Source: an uncultured bacterium
GTDB lineage: Bacteria; Chloroflexota; UBA5177; JANWHV01
Direction: 5' to 3'
DNA: 64,000 bases
Assembly (NCBI GenBank): GCA_963827235.1
Contig: CAWHAE010000009.1
Location: 1-64,000, forward strand
Each line of letters begins with the position of its first letter. The first letter of the stretch is position 1. Below are positions 28,709-39,014 of this stretch, one piece after another. Position numbers and translations under genes: made by a program. Under the pieces are notes generated by a model, which did not search any database, was not told the origin of the DNA, and worked only from the letters and a program-made list of their open reading frames with translations.

Positions 28709-30898
28709 ATGGCGGTGGTTCTGCAGCGGCTCGGCTTGGCCGCGTTCCGGCATCGCACTGGTGTGGTGCTGCTGTGGCTGTTGGTGCTGTTGGCGAGCGG
28801 CATCGGCGCCGTCACCCTGGCGGGGTCGACTTCGAACACGTTCCGCATCCCCGGCCAGGAGTCCACCAACGCGCTCGACTTGCTGGGCGCCCGTTTCGGC
28901 AGTGCGGCCAGCGGCGCCACCGCGCAGGTCGTCTTTGAGGTTCCGAGCGCGCACGCGATTACCGAGCAGCAGCCGGCCGTTACGGTGGCCCGAGCGGTGG
29001 CCAAGCTTGCCAGGCTCCCCGGCGTCCTGCAGGCCACGAATCCGTTCAATCCGGCGGCACCAGCGGTCTCGGCAGACCGGCGCGCCGCGTACAGCACGGT
29101 ATCCTACGGGGTGCAGGCCTCGGCCATGCCCGCCGTCCAGCGACGTGCGCTGCTCGCCGTGGTGTCTAGCGCCCGCCAGAGCGGCCTGAGTGTGGAAGTC
29201 ACCGGGACGGCTTCCCAGGCTAGCGGCGCCGATATCGGCAGCGTGGGCGAGTTCGCCGGTGTGGCCGTCGCTGTGATGGTGCTCGCGCTCACCTACGGGA
29301 CGCTCGTCGCTGCAGGGTTGAACCTGCTCACTGCGGCCGTCGGCGTGGCGATAGGCTCGCTGGGTATTACGACGCTTACCGGCTTCGTGGACCTCAATTC
29401 CACCACGCCGATCCTCGCCCTGATGCTTGGGCTGGCCGTGGGTATTGACTACACACTGTTCATCGTGATGCGCTTCCGCCAGGAGCTTGAGGCTGGATTC
29501 GAGGTCGCGGAAGCGGCCGCGCTGGCAGTCGGCACTGCCGGCTCGGCGGTGGTGACGGCAGGCGGCACCGTGGTGATCGCCCTCGCCGGCCTGGCCGTCG
29601 TAGGAATCCCCTTCGTCACCGAGATGGGCCTTGCCGCGGCCGCTACAGTGGTTATTGCAGTCCTGGTGGCGATCACCCTCGTGCCCGCGGCGCTGGGCTT
29701 CATCGGCCATCGCGCCATGCCGGCGCACCGCCGTGGCAGCGCACGAGCCGGTGCATCCGCCGCGGGTGATGACGCACCACGTGAGCGGGGCTTCTTCGCA
29801 GGCTGGGTGCGCATGGTGACCAGCCGTCCCTGGCCGGTGCTTATCCTGGCCGTGGGCGTCCTGGCGATTGTGGCGATCCCCTATTTCTCCATGCGCACCA
29901 CACTGGTCCAGCTACCGGCGGCCGGCACCACCCAGCAGCGAGCGACGCAAATACTCGGCGCGCACTTCGGGCCCGGCTTCACCGGACCGCTCCTGGTACT
30001 GGTCGACGGGCCGGCGGCGGCACCGCGCGCCGCCGCGATCAGCCGGCAGGCCGCGAGATTGCCTGGTGTGGCGCTGGCGACACCACCGCAGGTCAACGCA
30101 GCGCGGAGCGCGGCGCTGGTGACGGTAATCGCCACGACCGATCCCGCCAGCCAGGCCACGGTCGACCTTGTGCACCGGTTGCGGGCCGCGTTTGAGACGG
30201 GGAGCGGTCCCCGCGTCTACGTCACCGGGAGCACCGCGGTGAGTGTCGACGTGTCGCAGCAACTCAACTGGGCCATGCCCATCTACCTCGTGCTGGTCGT
30301 CGGCCTGGCACTGGTGCTGCTGACGCTGGTGTTCCGCTCGATCCTCGTGCCACTTACCGGCGTCGCCGGCTTCCTGCTCACGATCGGCGCCTCGTTCGGA
30401 GCCACCGTTGCCGTGTTCCAGTGGGGTTGGCTCAAGGACGTGCTCGACGTCGGCACCACCGGGCCGCTCATGAGCATCGCTCCCATCATCGTGATCGGCA
30501 TTCTGTTCGGTCTGGGTATGGACTACCAGGTGTTCCTCGTGTCGCGCATGCATGGCGCGCAGGCGAACGGTGCGGCGCCACGTAACGCCATCCGGATCGG
30601 CTACCGGTTTGCTGCTCCCGTGGTGACTGCCGCTGCGACTATCATGTTCGCTGTCTTTGGCGGCTTTGTGCCCGGCGGCAGCGCGGTCATCAAGCCGATC
30701 GCCTTCGCGCTCGCCCTGGGCATCCTGTGCGACGCCTTTGTGGTGCGTATGGTGGTGATGCCCGCCGCGCTGGCACTCTACGGGCAGGCCGCGTGGACGC
30801 TGCCGCGGTGGCTGCACTGGCTGCCGAACCTCGACCCCGAGGGCGCCGCCCCGGAGTCGCATGCCCCATCGCACGATACGGCTCGTATCCGTGACTGA
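28709..30898 (+). CDS. MMPL/RND family transporter
   Basis: LAVGIDY and FGLGMDY motifs, two repeated transmembrane blocks. Confidence 0.92.
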   Translation: MAVVLQRLGLAAFRHRTGVVLLWLLVLLASGIGAVTLAGSTSNTFRIPGQESTNALDLLGARFGSAASGATAQVVFEVPSAHAITEQQPAVTVARAVAKLARLPGVLQATNPFNPAAPAVSADRRAAYSTVSYGVQASAMPAVQRRALLAVVSSARQSGLSVEVTGTASQASGADIGSVGEFAGVAVAVMVLALTYGTLVAAGLNLLTAAVGVAIGSLGITTLTGFVDLNSTTPILALMLGLAVGIDYTLFIVMRFRQELEAGFEVAEAAALAVGTAGSAVVTAGGTVVIALAGLAVVGIPFVTEMGLAAAATVVIAVLVAITLVPAALGFIGHRAMPAHRRGSARAGASAAGDDAPRERGFFAGWVRMVTSRPWPVLILAVGVLAIVAIPYFSMRTTLVQLPAAGTTQQRATQILGAHFGPGFTGPLLVLVDGPAAAPRAAAISRQAARLPGVALATPPQVNAARSAALVTVIATTDPASQATVDLVHRLRAAFETGSGPRVYVTGSTAVSVDVSQQLNWAMPIYLVLVVGLALVLLTLVFRSILVPLTGVAGFLLTIGASFGATVAVFQWGWLKDVLDVGTTGPLMSIAPIIVIGILFGLGMDYQVFLVSRMHGAQANGAAPRNAIRIGYRFAAPVVTAAATIMFAVFGGFVPGGSAVIKPIAFALALGILCDAFVVRMVVMPAALALYGQAAWTLPRWLHWLPNLDPEGAAPESHAPSHDTARIRD

Positions 30899-31125
30899 GT
30901 ACGGCGCCACGGGGACAAGCGCCGGCTGAGAACGCTCTAGGTGGACGCACGCGGCCGGGCTTTGGAAGCAGCCTTGCCTGAACAGTCTGTAGCAGCAACC
31001 AGTTGCGTAGCGCCGGCTGAGCGATTAGGATTCCATTGGCTGGCCGGTCAAGGCGGACGTCGTGGGTGGCATGCTCACAGACGAGTGTCGCCGGTTGAAT
31101 GGGTCGGGCTGAGGGTGCTCGCCGC

Positions 31126-32091
31126 ATGTATCACGTCGACACGATGGGGGAACGTGACATACCGCAAGCAGCGGCGTTGTGGCGGGAACTGTATCGTCTC
31201 TCTCGCGGCGGTGCTGCGCTTCCAGGAACCTGGGATGGAGACGATGGGGCACTGGAGGAGTACCTGGCCGGACGGATCCAGGCGCGCACGTCACTCGTGG
31301 CTCGGGAAGGGCGGAGGATCGCCGGCTATCTGTCCTGGATGGACATCAGCTTTCATCAAGAGAACTCCGCCTTCTGTCCAATAACTGGGCATGCGGCAAG
31401 CGGCGAGGATCGCGAGCACGTGTATCGCCGCCTCTACGACGCCGCGGCAAGCCTGTGGGTTGGCCACGGGCGCTTCAATCACCTCTGGATGATCTTCCAT
31501 GGCGATCTGGCGTTGAGAGCCATGCTCTACGATCTCGGCTTCGGATCGTACGTGATCGATGCCTATCGCGGTGTGCCGGAAACGGCCCGCGGGTTCGACC
31601 ACCACTTCCGCATATCCCGGGCCACGGCGGGGGACGCCGCCGCCGTGTGCGACCTCGTGGAGGAATCGCGAGAGTATTATGGCGCTGCACCGATATTCCT
31701 GAAAAGATGTGCCTATCGTGAGGATGAGCTGGCCCGCATCATAGAGCAGGCGGCTGTCTTCGTCGCCTGGAGCGGGTCCACTGCCATTGGGCTGATCAGC
31801 GTCTCGATGAACGCGAGGACCAGCCTTGAGAGCCTAGCCGGAATCGGTTGCGGCACGATTGACACGCTCGGAGCCTACGTGAGGGACGGCCACAGACAGA
31901 CTGGTGCCGGCACATGCCTCCTCGAGGCCGTGCTCGGCTACTGCAGAACGCATGCCATCCGGGGCCTACACGTCTCGTTCGAGACGGCGAATCCACTGGC
32001 GAACAGGTTCTGGCGTAAGCACTTCACGCCCGTTGTGCTCTCGGTGCGTCGCGCAGTGAACAGGGATGCAGCTGTTGCAATCCCTCCCTGA
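31126..32091 (+). CDS. Tandem-domain GNAT family acetyltransferase
   Basis: AYVRDGHRQTGAGTCLL, VSFETANPLANRFW. Confidence 0.8.
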   Translation: MYHVDTMGERDIPQAAALWRELYRLSRGGAALPGTWDGDDGALEEYLAGRIQARTSLVAREGRRIAGYLSWMDISFHQENSAFCPITGHAASGEDREHVYRRLYDAAASLWVGHGRFNHLWMIFHGDLALRAMLYDLGFGSYVIDAYRGVPETARGFDHHFRISRATAGDAAAVCDLVEESREYYGAAPIFLKRCAYREDELARIIEQAAVFVAWSGSTAIGLISVSMNARTSLESLAGIGCGTIDTLGAYVRDGHRQTGAGTCLLEAVLGYCRTHAIRGLHVSFETANPLANRFWRKHFTPVVLSVRRAVNRDAAVAIPP

Positions 32092-32398
32092 TCGGTTGGG
32101 AGACATACTGCCTCCTCATCCTGGTCCACGGCACTCGCGAGCGATCTTCCTCCCTCGCGGAACTTCACGTTCCCCGGCACTGTCCCATCCGGGTCCAGCG
32201 ACCGCACGTCTGCCAGCTTCCCCAGGACCAGGGGGCTCTGGCACGGTGTACTCCAGCCGGCGAAATCCGGAACAAGCAGGATGTGCTGCTTGCCGACGCT
32301 AACCGCAACGTGGTCTCGGATGGCGAGCAGAGCCATGGAGCTGGTCCGTGCCCGGAGGACAACACGGGCGACGGAAGGCACCTGCCCCTCCCACTTCC

Positions 32399-32451
32399 AG
32401 TGTATGGCGCAGCAGGGGGCTTGCGGCAAGCCCTGGGTCGCGTCGTATAAT
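32399..32451. promoter_or_regulatory. Rifamycin-associated element (RAE)-like palindrome with divergent promoters
   Basis: GGGCTTGC-G-GCAAGCCC at 32417-33; + strand TTGCGG-19nt-TATAAT; - strand TTGCCG-19nt-TACACT; upstream of rph. Confidence 0.85.
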
Positions 32452-32654
32452 CGCCGGACCAAGCCAGAAGTTAGGGAGCTTTGCCTTTGACCATCAGCGA
32501 CTTTCCGCCGCGGCACACTACAGGCTCGCGGTGTGCCAGAACCACGTCAAGCGCATCCTGGCCGGCTGTGCGGCCAGTCCTTGCGCAGGATGGGGCACGG
32601 GGGCCCGGTGAGGCGCCGCGACATTCTTGAGAGAACGCACAAGGGAGAGAGCAG

Positions 32655-35291
32655 ATGGGCCGCTACCTGTTGCAGTTCCAGGAGATCGACCAGATGCAGG
32701 TCGCGGTCGTCGGCGGCAAGGGCGCGCACCTGGGAGTGCTTTCGCGGATCGAAGGCCTTCGCGTGCCGGCCGGCTTTTGCGTGACGACGGACGCATTCCA
32801 GCGGATCATGGCGGAAGCACCGTCGATCGGCGATCGACTCGATCGACTGGCGCGCCTGAAGCCGGACGACCTGGAAGCGATCCGCGCACTCAGCGCGGAG
32901 ATCCGCCGGACCCTCGAAGGGACCGCCATACCCGACGATCTGGCGGCGGCAATTACCGGCCAGCTCGCCCGGCTTGGCGAGCACGCCGCCTGCGCCATCC
33001 GATCCAGTGCGACGGCAGAGGACTTGCCGACCGCTTCCTTCGCGGGCCAGCAGGACACGTACCTGAACGTGGTGGGGCCGGCGGCGATCCTCCAGCACGT
33101 CAGCCGGTGCTGGGCCTCGCTCTTCACCGAGCGGGCCGTGATCTACCGCCTGCGGAATGGCGTGGACCACCGGAAGGTCCACATGGCCGTGGTCGTGCAG
33201 CGGATGGCCTTCCCGCAGGCGGCCGGCATCCTTTTCACGGCCGACCCCGTCACGGGCAACCGGAAAGTCGCCTCCGTGGAGGCCGGCTTCGGCCTCGGCG
33301 AGGCCCTGGTCACCGGCTTGGTGAACGCGGACGTCTTCAAGGTGCGTGCCGGCGAGGTCGTCGCCAAGGCGGTTGCCACCAAGCAGCGTGCCATCTACGC
33401 CTTACCGGCCGGCGGGACTCAGGAACAGGCGATCGAGCCGGAGCGGCAGGAGCAGCCGGCGCTGGCGGATGCGCAAGTCGTGCGGCTCGCGCAGTTGGGC
33501 CGGCGAATCGAAGCGCACTTCGGTCGCCCCCAGGACATCGAATGGTGCCTGGTCGACGACGAGTTCCAGATCGTCCAGAGCCGGCCGATCACCACGCTGT
33601 TCCCCATCCCCGCGACCGGCGACCGCGAGAACCACGTCTACGTCTCCGTCGGCCACGGGCAGATGATGACGGACGCCATGAAGCCCCTGGGGCTCTCCCT
33701 GTTCCAGCTGACGGCCGCACGGCCCATGGACGAGGCCGGCGGGAGGCTGTTCGTCGACGTCACCCGGGGCCTGGCGTCGCCGGCGAGCCGCGCAGGCCTC
33801 CTGGAGACCCTGGGGAGAGGAGATCCGCTGATCGGGGACGCGCTGCAGACCGTCCTCGACCGCGGCGACTTCATCCGATCGCTCCCGGACGAGGGCCCCG
33901 GAGGGCCACCGGCGGGCGGCGCGCCAGCCCCAATCGAGACCGATCTGGCTCTCATCGCTGAGCTGATCGGGCGCAGCCAGGCCTCCATCGCTTCTTTGAA
34001 GCGCGACATCCAGACGAGGTCGGGATCAGCGCTCCTCGACTTCATCCTGACGGACCTTCAGGAACTGAAGCGGATCTTGTTCGATCCGCGCAGCCATCAG
34101 GTGATCATGGCGGCGATGGAGGCCACCTGGTGGCTCAACGAGCGGCTGCAGGCGTGGCTGGGCGAGAAGAACGCGGCCGACACACTCACGCAGTCCGTCC
34201 CCCACAACGTCACGTCGGAGATGGGGCTGGCGCTCCTGGACGTCGCGGACGTGATCCGCCCGCATCCGGACGTGGTGGCGTTTCTGCAGCACGTCACGGA
34301 CGACAGCTTCCTGGACGAGTTGCTCGCTCTCGCGGGCGGGCGGGAAGTGCGAGACGCCATCTTGACCTGGCTCGACAAGTACGGCATGCGCTGTACCGGC
34401 GAGATCGACATCACGAGGCCGCGTTGGAGCGAACGCCCCACCACGCTGGTGCCGATCCTCCTCGACAACATCAACAACGTCGAGCCGGGCGCCGGACAGC
34501 GGCGCTTCGAGCACGGGCGGCAGGAGGCGTGGAAGAAGGAGCAGGAGCTGCTCGAGCGCTTGCGGGCCTTGCCGGACGGGGAGCGGAAGGCCGACGAGAC
34601 CAAGCGGATGATCGACCGGGTCCGCACTTTCATCGGGTACCGGGAGTATCCGAAGTATGGTATCGTCAGCCGCTACTTCGTCTACAAGCAGGCCTTGCTC
34701 CGAGAAGCCGAGCGCCTCGTACAGGCCCACGTGCTGCGTGAGCAGGAAGACAGCTTCTACCTCACGTTCCAGGAACTCCACGACGCCGTGCGGACCAATC
34801 AGGTGGATGACCAGCTCGTCCGCCGGCGCAAAGACGCGTTCAGGTCCTATCAGGCGCTCACGCCGCCCCGGGTGCTCACGTCGGACGGCGAGGTCATCGC
34901 CGGGTCGTACCGGCGCGACGACGTGCCGGCCGGCGCGCTGGTCGGCTTGCCGGTTTCCGCCGGGCTCGTCGAGGGGCGGGCCCGCGTCGTCTTGAACATG
35001 GCGGATGCCAACCTCGAACCGGGCGACATCCTGGTTACCGCCTACACGGACCCCAGCTGGACGCCGCTGTTCGTCGCGATCGGGGGCCTGGTCACGGAGG
35101 TGGGGGGCCTGATGACCCATGGCGCGGTGATCGCTCGGGAGTACGGCTTGCCAGCTATCGTAGGGGTGGAGCACGCCACCCGGCTCATCCGGGATGGCCA
35201 GAGGATCCGCGTGCAGGGAACACACGGGTACGTCGAGATCCTGCCCGAGCGAGCCAGCCAGGCTGCTGCTGGCGGGACTTGTCCGCATTGA
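32655..35291 (+). CDS. rph: Rifamycin-inactivating phosphotransferase
   Basis: N-terminal ATP-grasp domain (VGGKG, RSSATAEDLPTASFAGQQDT, PQDIEW, QSRPITT), central domain (VYVSVGHGQMMTD, YREYPKY) and C-terminal His swivel domain GGLMTHGAVIAREYG; this order is Rph rather than PpsA. Confidence 0.93.
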   Translation: MGRYLLQFQEIDQMQVAVVGGKGAHLGVLSRIEGLRVPAGFCVTTDAFQRIMAEAPSIGDRLDRLARLKPDDLEAIRALSAEIRRTLEGTAIPDDLAAAITGQLARLGEHAACAIRSSATAEDLPTASFAGQQDTYLNVVGPAAILQHVSRCWASLFTERAVIYRLRNGVDHRKVHMAVVVQRMAFPQAAGILFTADPVTGNRKVASVEAGFGLGEALVTGLVNADVFKVRAGEVVAKAVATKQRAIYALPAGGTQEQAIEPERQEQPALADAQVVRLAQLGRRIEAHFGRPQDIEWCLVDDEFQIVQSRPITTLFPIPATGDRENHVYVSVGHGQMMTDAMKPLGLSLFQLTAARPMDEAGGRLFVDVTRGLASPASRAGLLETLGRGDPLIGDALQTVLDRGDFIRSLPDEGPGGPPAGGAPAPIETDLALIAELIGRSQASIASLKRDIQTRSGSALLDFILTDLQELKRILFDPRSHQVIMAAMEATWWLNERLQAWLGEKNAADTLTQSVPHNVTSEMGLALLDVADVIRPHPDVVAFLQHVTDDSFLDELLALAGGREVRDAILTWLDKYGMRCTGEIDITRPRWSERPTTLVPILLDNINNVEPGAGQRRFEHGRQEAWKKEQELLERLRALPDGERKADETKRMIDRVRTFIGYREYPKYGIVSRYFVYKQALLREAERLVQAHVLREQEDSFYLTFQELHDAVRTNQVDDQLVRRRKDAFRSYQALTPPRVLTSDGEVIAGSYRRDDVPAGALVGLPVSAGLVEGRARVVLNMADANLEPGDILVTAYTDPSWTPLFVAIGGLVTEVGGLMTHGAVIAREYGLPAIVGVEHATRLIRDGQRIRVQGTHGYVEILPERASQAAAGGTCPH

Positions 35292-35441
35292 GTCGCGCGA
35301 GTCAATGTGGCACGGTACCTTGGGCGAACGGGGAGACCGAGCGCTACTGTATGAGGTATGCACCTCCAACTACGGGCACCCTCGCCCGCCCGCCGCATCG
35401 GCGGGGGTCAGCGCCATCACCGGTGGCTCTGGACCGGTGCG

Positions 35442-35750
35442 CTAGTACCGGTCGGTGCGTGGAGTGGTAGCCTGCATACCGAAAGTGGATCTACGTGCTA
35501 CGAGTTGGAATGGCGGCCGGACCAGCGCCGGCGCCCCGCTGCGTGTGCCGTCGATGCGGTGAATGAGCATTGAGACAGCTTGCCTGGCGATGACATCTGG
35601 GTTGACTGCGATCGTACTCAGCGGCGGATACGCCCATTCGGCCTCGAGAATATCGTCGAAGCCAATCACGGCGATATCTTCTGCACTGCGCAGACCTGTG
35701 TCATGGAGCACCGGCATAGCACCCAAAGCGACATGGTCGGAGGCACAACA
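35442..35750 (-). pseudogene. C-terminal fragment of a LacI family regulator
   Basis: CASDHVALGAM...DIAVIGFDD...PPLSTI...LVARRST; no HTH. Confidence 0.75.
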
Positions 35751-35927
35751 CCGCCATGTGTCGGCGCTGCCAGCCCGTGCTTCGCATCTTTTCCTGGCGG
35801 CGTGCGTTCCCCGGAATCGAGTCCTTCGCGGGACGTGCCGAATGTTCACGGCACGCCGGAGCGTGCGGCAGCGCCGTATGCGTTATGTACTGGCTATGGA
35901 AGAAAAGGAAGTGTTGGAGATGACGGC

Positions 35928-36744
35928 ATGATGCATCTGCAGGATCCAGATGAACACTCCTACGAGGCGTTTAGTCAGAGGCCCTTTTATCGCGCGATGG
36001 ATCGGCTGACCATCTCACTCGCGCCCGTCGCTGAGCGCGTTCTGGACATGGCTACCGGCACCGGCGCTATGATATCTCTCCTCCTGGAGGAAGGAAAGCT
36101 GCGCCCGGGCGGTCGCGTGACGGGCGTGGACGTCGATCAGACTGCCATTGATGCAGCCATGGAGAAGTTCCATGATCCAGCCATACGATTCCTCTGTGCA
36201 TCTGTGGAGGCACTCCCGTTCGACCCATGGCAGCTTTGATCTGGTCGTATTTTGCAACGCGGTGCACTTGACCAATATGCCGGTTACCCTGGCGGAAGCG
36301 TCGAGAGTTCTTCGCTCGGGCGGCACGCTGATCATGAGCAGTGCATACGTCAAGGACATCGCATACGGCCAAGGCGGCAAGCTGCAGTGGGGCCGCCTCG
36401 TACTGAAAGCACAGAAGAAGGCACGCGCGAAGGGCTTCTCTCCGCAAGCGCCGATGGAGCTGATGAATTTCACCCAGGCCGATTACACGGAACAGCTGCG
36501 CCTGCTGCAGTTCTCCGGCATCGAGGTCCTGGTGAAAGAGGCACGTATGGAGGTCGACGACGTTGCCGCGATTTGCCAGTACGACGAATTCGCAAGAGGG
36601 GCGCTGCCCGGCGTTCCGGTCGACGACGCAAAGGACGCCCTGATAGCCAGTGCGGAAGAGCTGTTTGGGGACATGCGCAACAGACATCCCGGCACGGCGC
36701 CCTATTTCCCGCGCGGGTGGATGATACTCTCCGCCAAGAAATAG
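35928..36744 (+). pseudogene. Class I SAM-dependent methyltransferase with a frameshift at about 36225
   Basis: VLDMATGTG, VTGVD, EALPF in one frame; GSFDLVVFCNAVH, RVLRSGG in the next. An extra C in the CCC run at 36224-26 explains it; possibly a read error. Confidence 0.8.
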
Positions 36745-37027
36745 CGAGGTGCCGACACCAGCGCCCTAACGCACCTGGAAGACGGCGAAGTGATCGCTGA
36801 AATCCACGCACCTTTCAACCGAGGGTGCCCGTTGCGGCAGGCCCTCTTCAGCAGCATACCGGACACCGGGCGGTGCTGGAGTGGCGTAGCCGCAGCCCAG
36901 GGCCCGGTAGGCGACAGGCGATGCGCAGGCAGGATGAGGCTCGCGCTAGGACCATGTGCTGCCGGTGTCCAGCGCCGGTGAGCGTGTCGCCCGTACGGAT
37001 CGTGGCTAAGCGCACGGCGATGCTCGC

Positions 37028-37669
37028 CTAGACCGTCATCGTGTCGCCGACGGGCACGATGGTCAAGGGGACGCTGGTAAGCATCTTCGGGCTGAGGAAC
37101 ATGGCCATCGACTGTTGTCCAATCTCGCTGAGCATGGCCTCGTGGATCTGCACGACCTGGTCGGGGTGCATGACCCGAACGTAGTCCGCTGCCTGCCCAA
37201 CCTTGGTCCACGGGCCGCTCGTGGGCAGGAGGAGTGTGCTCACGGGGGTGGGCGGGACGAAGTAGTCGTCACCAGGATGGAAGAGGCGCCCGTCGACGAG
37301 GAAGCCGACGTTCGCGCACGACGGGATGTCGTGGTGGATCGGTGCATGCCGGTCACCGAAGACGGCGATGTCGAAGCCCTCGATGCTGAGCCTGTCACCG
37401 TCCACCACGGCGACGAGCTGGTCCCGGCGGGCCTTCCAGCGGCTCACTACGGCGAGCGGGCCATAGACCTTGAGTTCAGGGCGCGCGTCCAGTGCCTGGG
37501 CGATCAGCGCCTCGTCGACGTGGTCGGCGTGCTCGTGCGTTAGCAGGATCGTTGCCGTCTCCGCGATCAGCGCTGCTGCATTGGGGGTGAAGGTACCCGG
37601 ATCGATAAGCACGTGGCCATCATTTCTGTCGAGCGTCACGCAGGCGTGGGCGTGCTTGGTCATTTCCAT
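37028..37669 (-). CDS. MBL-fold metallo-hydrolase
   Basis: LIDPG, THEHADH, FHPGD, QIHE. Confidence 0.9.
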   Translation of the reverse strand: MEMTKHAHACVTLDRNDGHVLIDPGTFTPNAAALIAETATILLTHEHADHVDEALIAQALDARPELKVYGPLAVVSRWKARRDQLVAVVDGDRLSIEGFDIAVFGDRHAPIHHDIPSCANVGFLVDGRLFHPGDDYFVPPTPVSTLLLPTSGPWTKVGQAADYVRVMHPDQVVQIHEAMLSEIGQQSMAMFLSPKMLTSVPLTIVPVGDTMTV

Positions 37670-37699
37670 GGAAGGCTCCTTTCTGCTGTCCTCCTCCAA

Positions 37700-37734
37700 T
37701 GTACAGGTATATCTGTACAGTTTCAACTGTACAG
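37700..37734. promoter_or_regulatory. Putative MarR operator: three TGTACA palindromes at 14-bp spacing
   Basis: TGTACAG-gtatat-CTGTACAG-tttcaa-CTGTACAG between the divergent MBL and marR genes. Confidence 0.75.
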
Positions 37735-37758
37735 GCGTGCCGAGGATATGCTAGACGT

Positions 37759-38262
37759 ATGAACGCAAGCGACAATCGATTGCCCTCGTCGGCCGATCCG
37801 CGTGTATTGGCGGTGCACCTGCGACGGGCTGTCGGCGATCTGGTGCGTGCGACCCGGGGTGCGGATGTGCTGGCGCCAATCCCTGCTGCGGTGATGGATC
37901 TTTTGGACCGGGATGGATCGATGACGACGGCGGACCTGGCTACCCGTCGTCAGGTCCGGCACCAGACGATGGCGACGACCGTGAAGGACTTGCACGACGC
38001 GGGGTACGTCGTCGCGACACCCCACGAAGGAGACGGCCGCAAGAAGATCCTCAGCCTGACTGCCGCAGGAAGACGGGCTCTCGAACGAGATCGCCAGGAC
38101 CGGGTGACGCGGCTCGTCGCGGCCATGGAACAGTCGCTCACAGGTGATGAATTGCGAGTTGTCGCCGACGCCCTGCCGCTCATTGACCGGGTCACGGTGT
38201 CCATCATGAAGAGTCGTGACCCAGCGTTGCCGGCTCGAAGTCCTATTACTGGCGACTGGTAG
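37759..38262 (+). CDS. MarR family transcriptional regulator
   Basis: MTTADLATRRQVRHQTMATTVKDL...DGRKKILSLTAAG. Confidence 0.9.
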   Translation: MNASDNRLPSSADPRVLAVHLRRAVGDLVRATRGADVLAPIPAAVMDLLDRDGSMTTADLATRRQVRHQTMATTVKDLHDAGYVVATPHEGDGRKKILSLTAAGRRALERDRQDRVTRLVAAMEQSLTGDELRVVADALPLIDRVTVSIMKSRDPALPARSPITGDW

Positions 38263-38476
38263 GGCCGGCCACAGCCCAGGGCGCGTTCTCGATGATCGGG
38301 ATGTACCGTCGCGAAGGGCCGCGGTGGCTGAGCCAGATGCAGAATGCCTCCTCACTGTCTACCCGCCCACGGCGCTGGGGCCGAGCGCGTTGGTGGACCG
38401 ACGTGAGCCCGCCATGCACGACCGCGGGTCTCCTGCCGACCGCCCTCGTGAGAGCAGTTCTCGCTATGCCTTGCCC

Positions 38477-38845
38477 CTAGTAGCTGGCAGGCTTGGCAGT
38501 GCCCTGCACGCGCCGGCCGTCCAGATCGCCATAGTGGCAGGCATCGGCCCCATGACAGGTGCGCGTGAAGTCCATGCTGATCGTGTAGTGGCCGGGCTTG
38601 GCCGTCGTCAGCGTGGCGTAGAGGTTATCCCCAACCTCGGGAAAGCTGGTGGGCAGCCTGGGCGGCACCTGCGTGCGCGCCAGTCCGGGCAGCAGGGCGC
38701 GGAAGAACGGGGCCACCGCGCTCGCCGCAAGCCCCGGCCCGCTGGAGTGCGCATCGGCGCGCCCTTGCTGGACGGCAATTGAGCCAGTGAGTGTCAGTGC
38801 GCAGGCAACAGCCGCCAGCGCAGATCGCATTCCACCCAACCTCAT
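38477..38845 (-). CDS. Short secreted hypothetical protein, possibly C-terminally truncated
   Basis: GGAAGGG RBS, signal peptide, PPRLPT and a C-x4-C motif (CHGADAC). Confidence 0.5.
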   Translation of the reverse strand: MRLGGMRSALAAVACALTLTGSIAVQQGRADAHSSGPGLAASAVAPFFRALLPGLARTQVPPRLPTSFPEVGDNLYATLTTAKPGHYTISMDFTRTCHGADACHYGDLDGRRVQGTAKPASY

Positions 38846-39014
38846 GATGAATTCCCTTCCCAACTCGTCGATCACCGTCGTCGTCGCCCGGCGGGAGCCC
38901 CGCGCATACACGGCAACATGCCCGCCATGCGCTGCCCGATCGCACCGGCGAACGGCTCGTCCCACTCCATGGAACACTGATGAGTCCGCAAATGTGCCTA
39001 TCCTCTCGCCACTG

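Noticed and set aside
32655-35291. Annotation as PEP synthase (ppsA)
   Set aside because: The His domain is C-terminal, there is no PEP-binding barrel, and an RAE lies upstream; this fits Rph.
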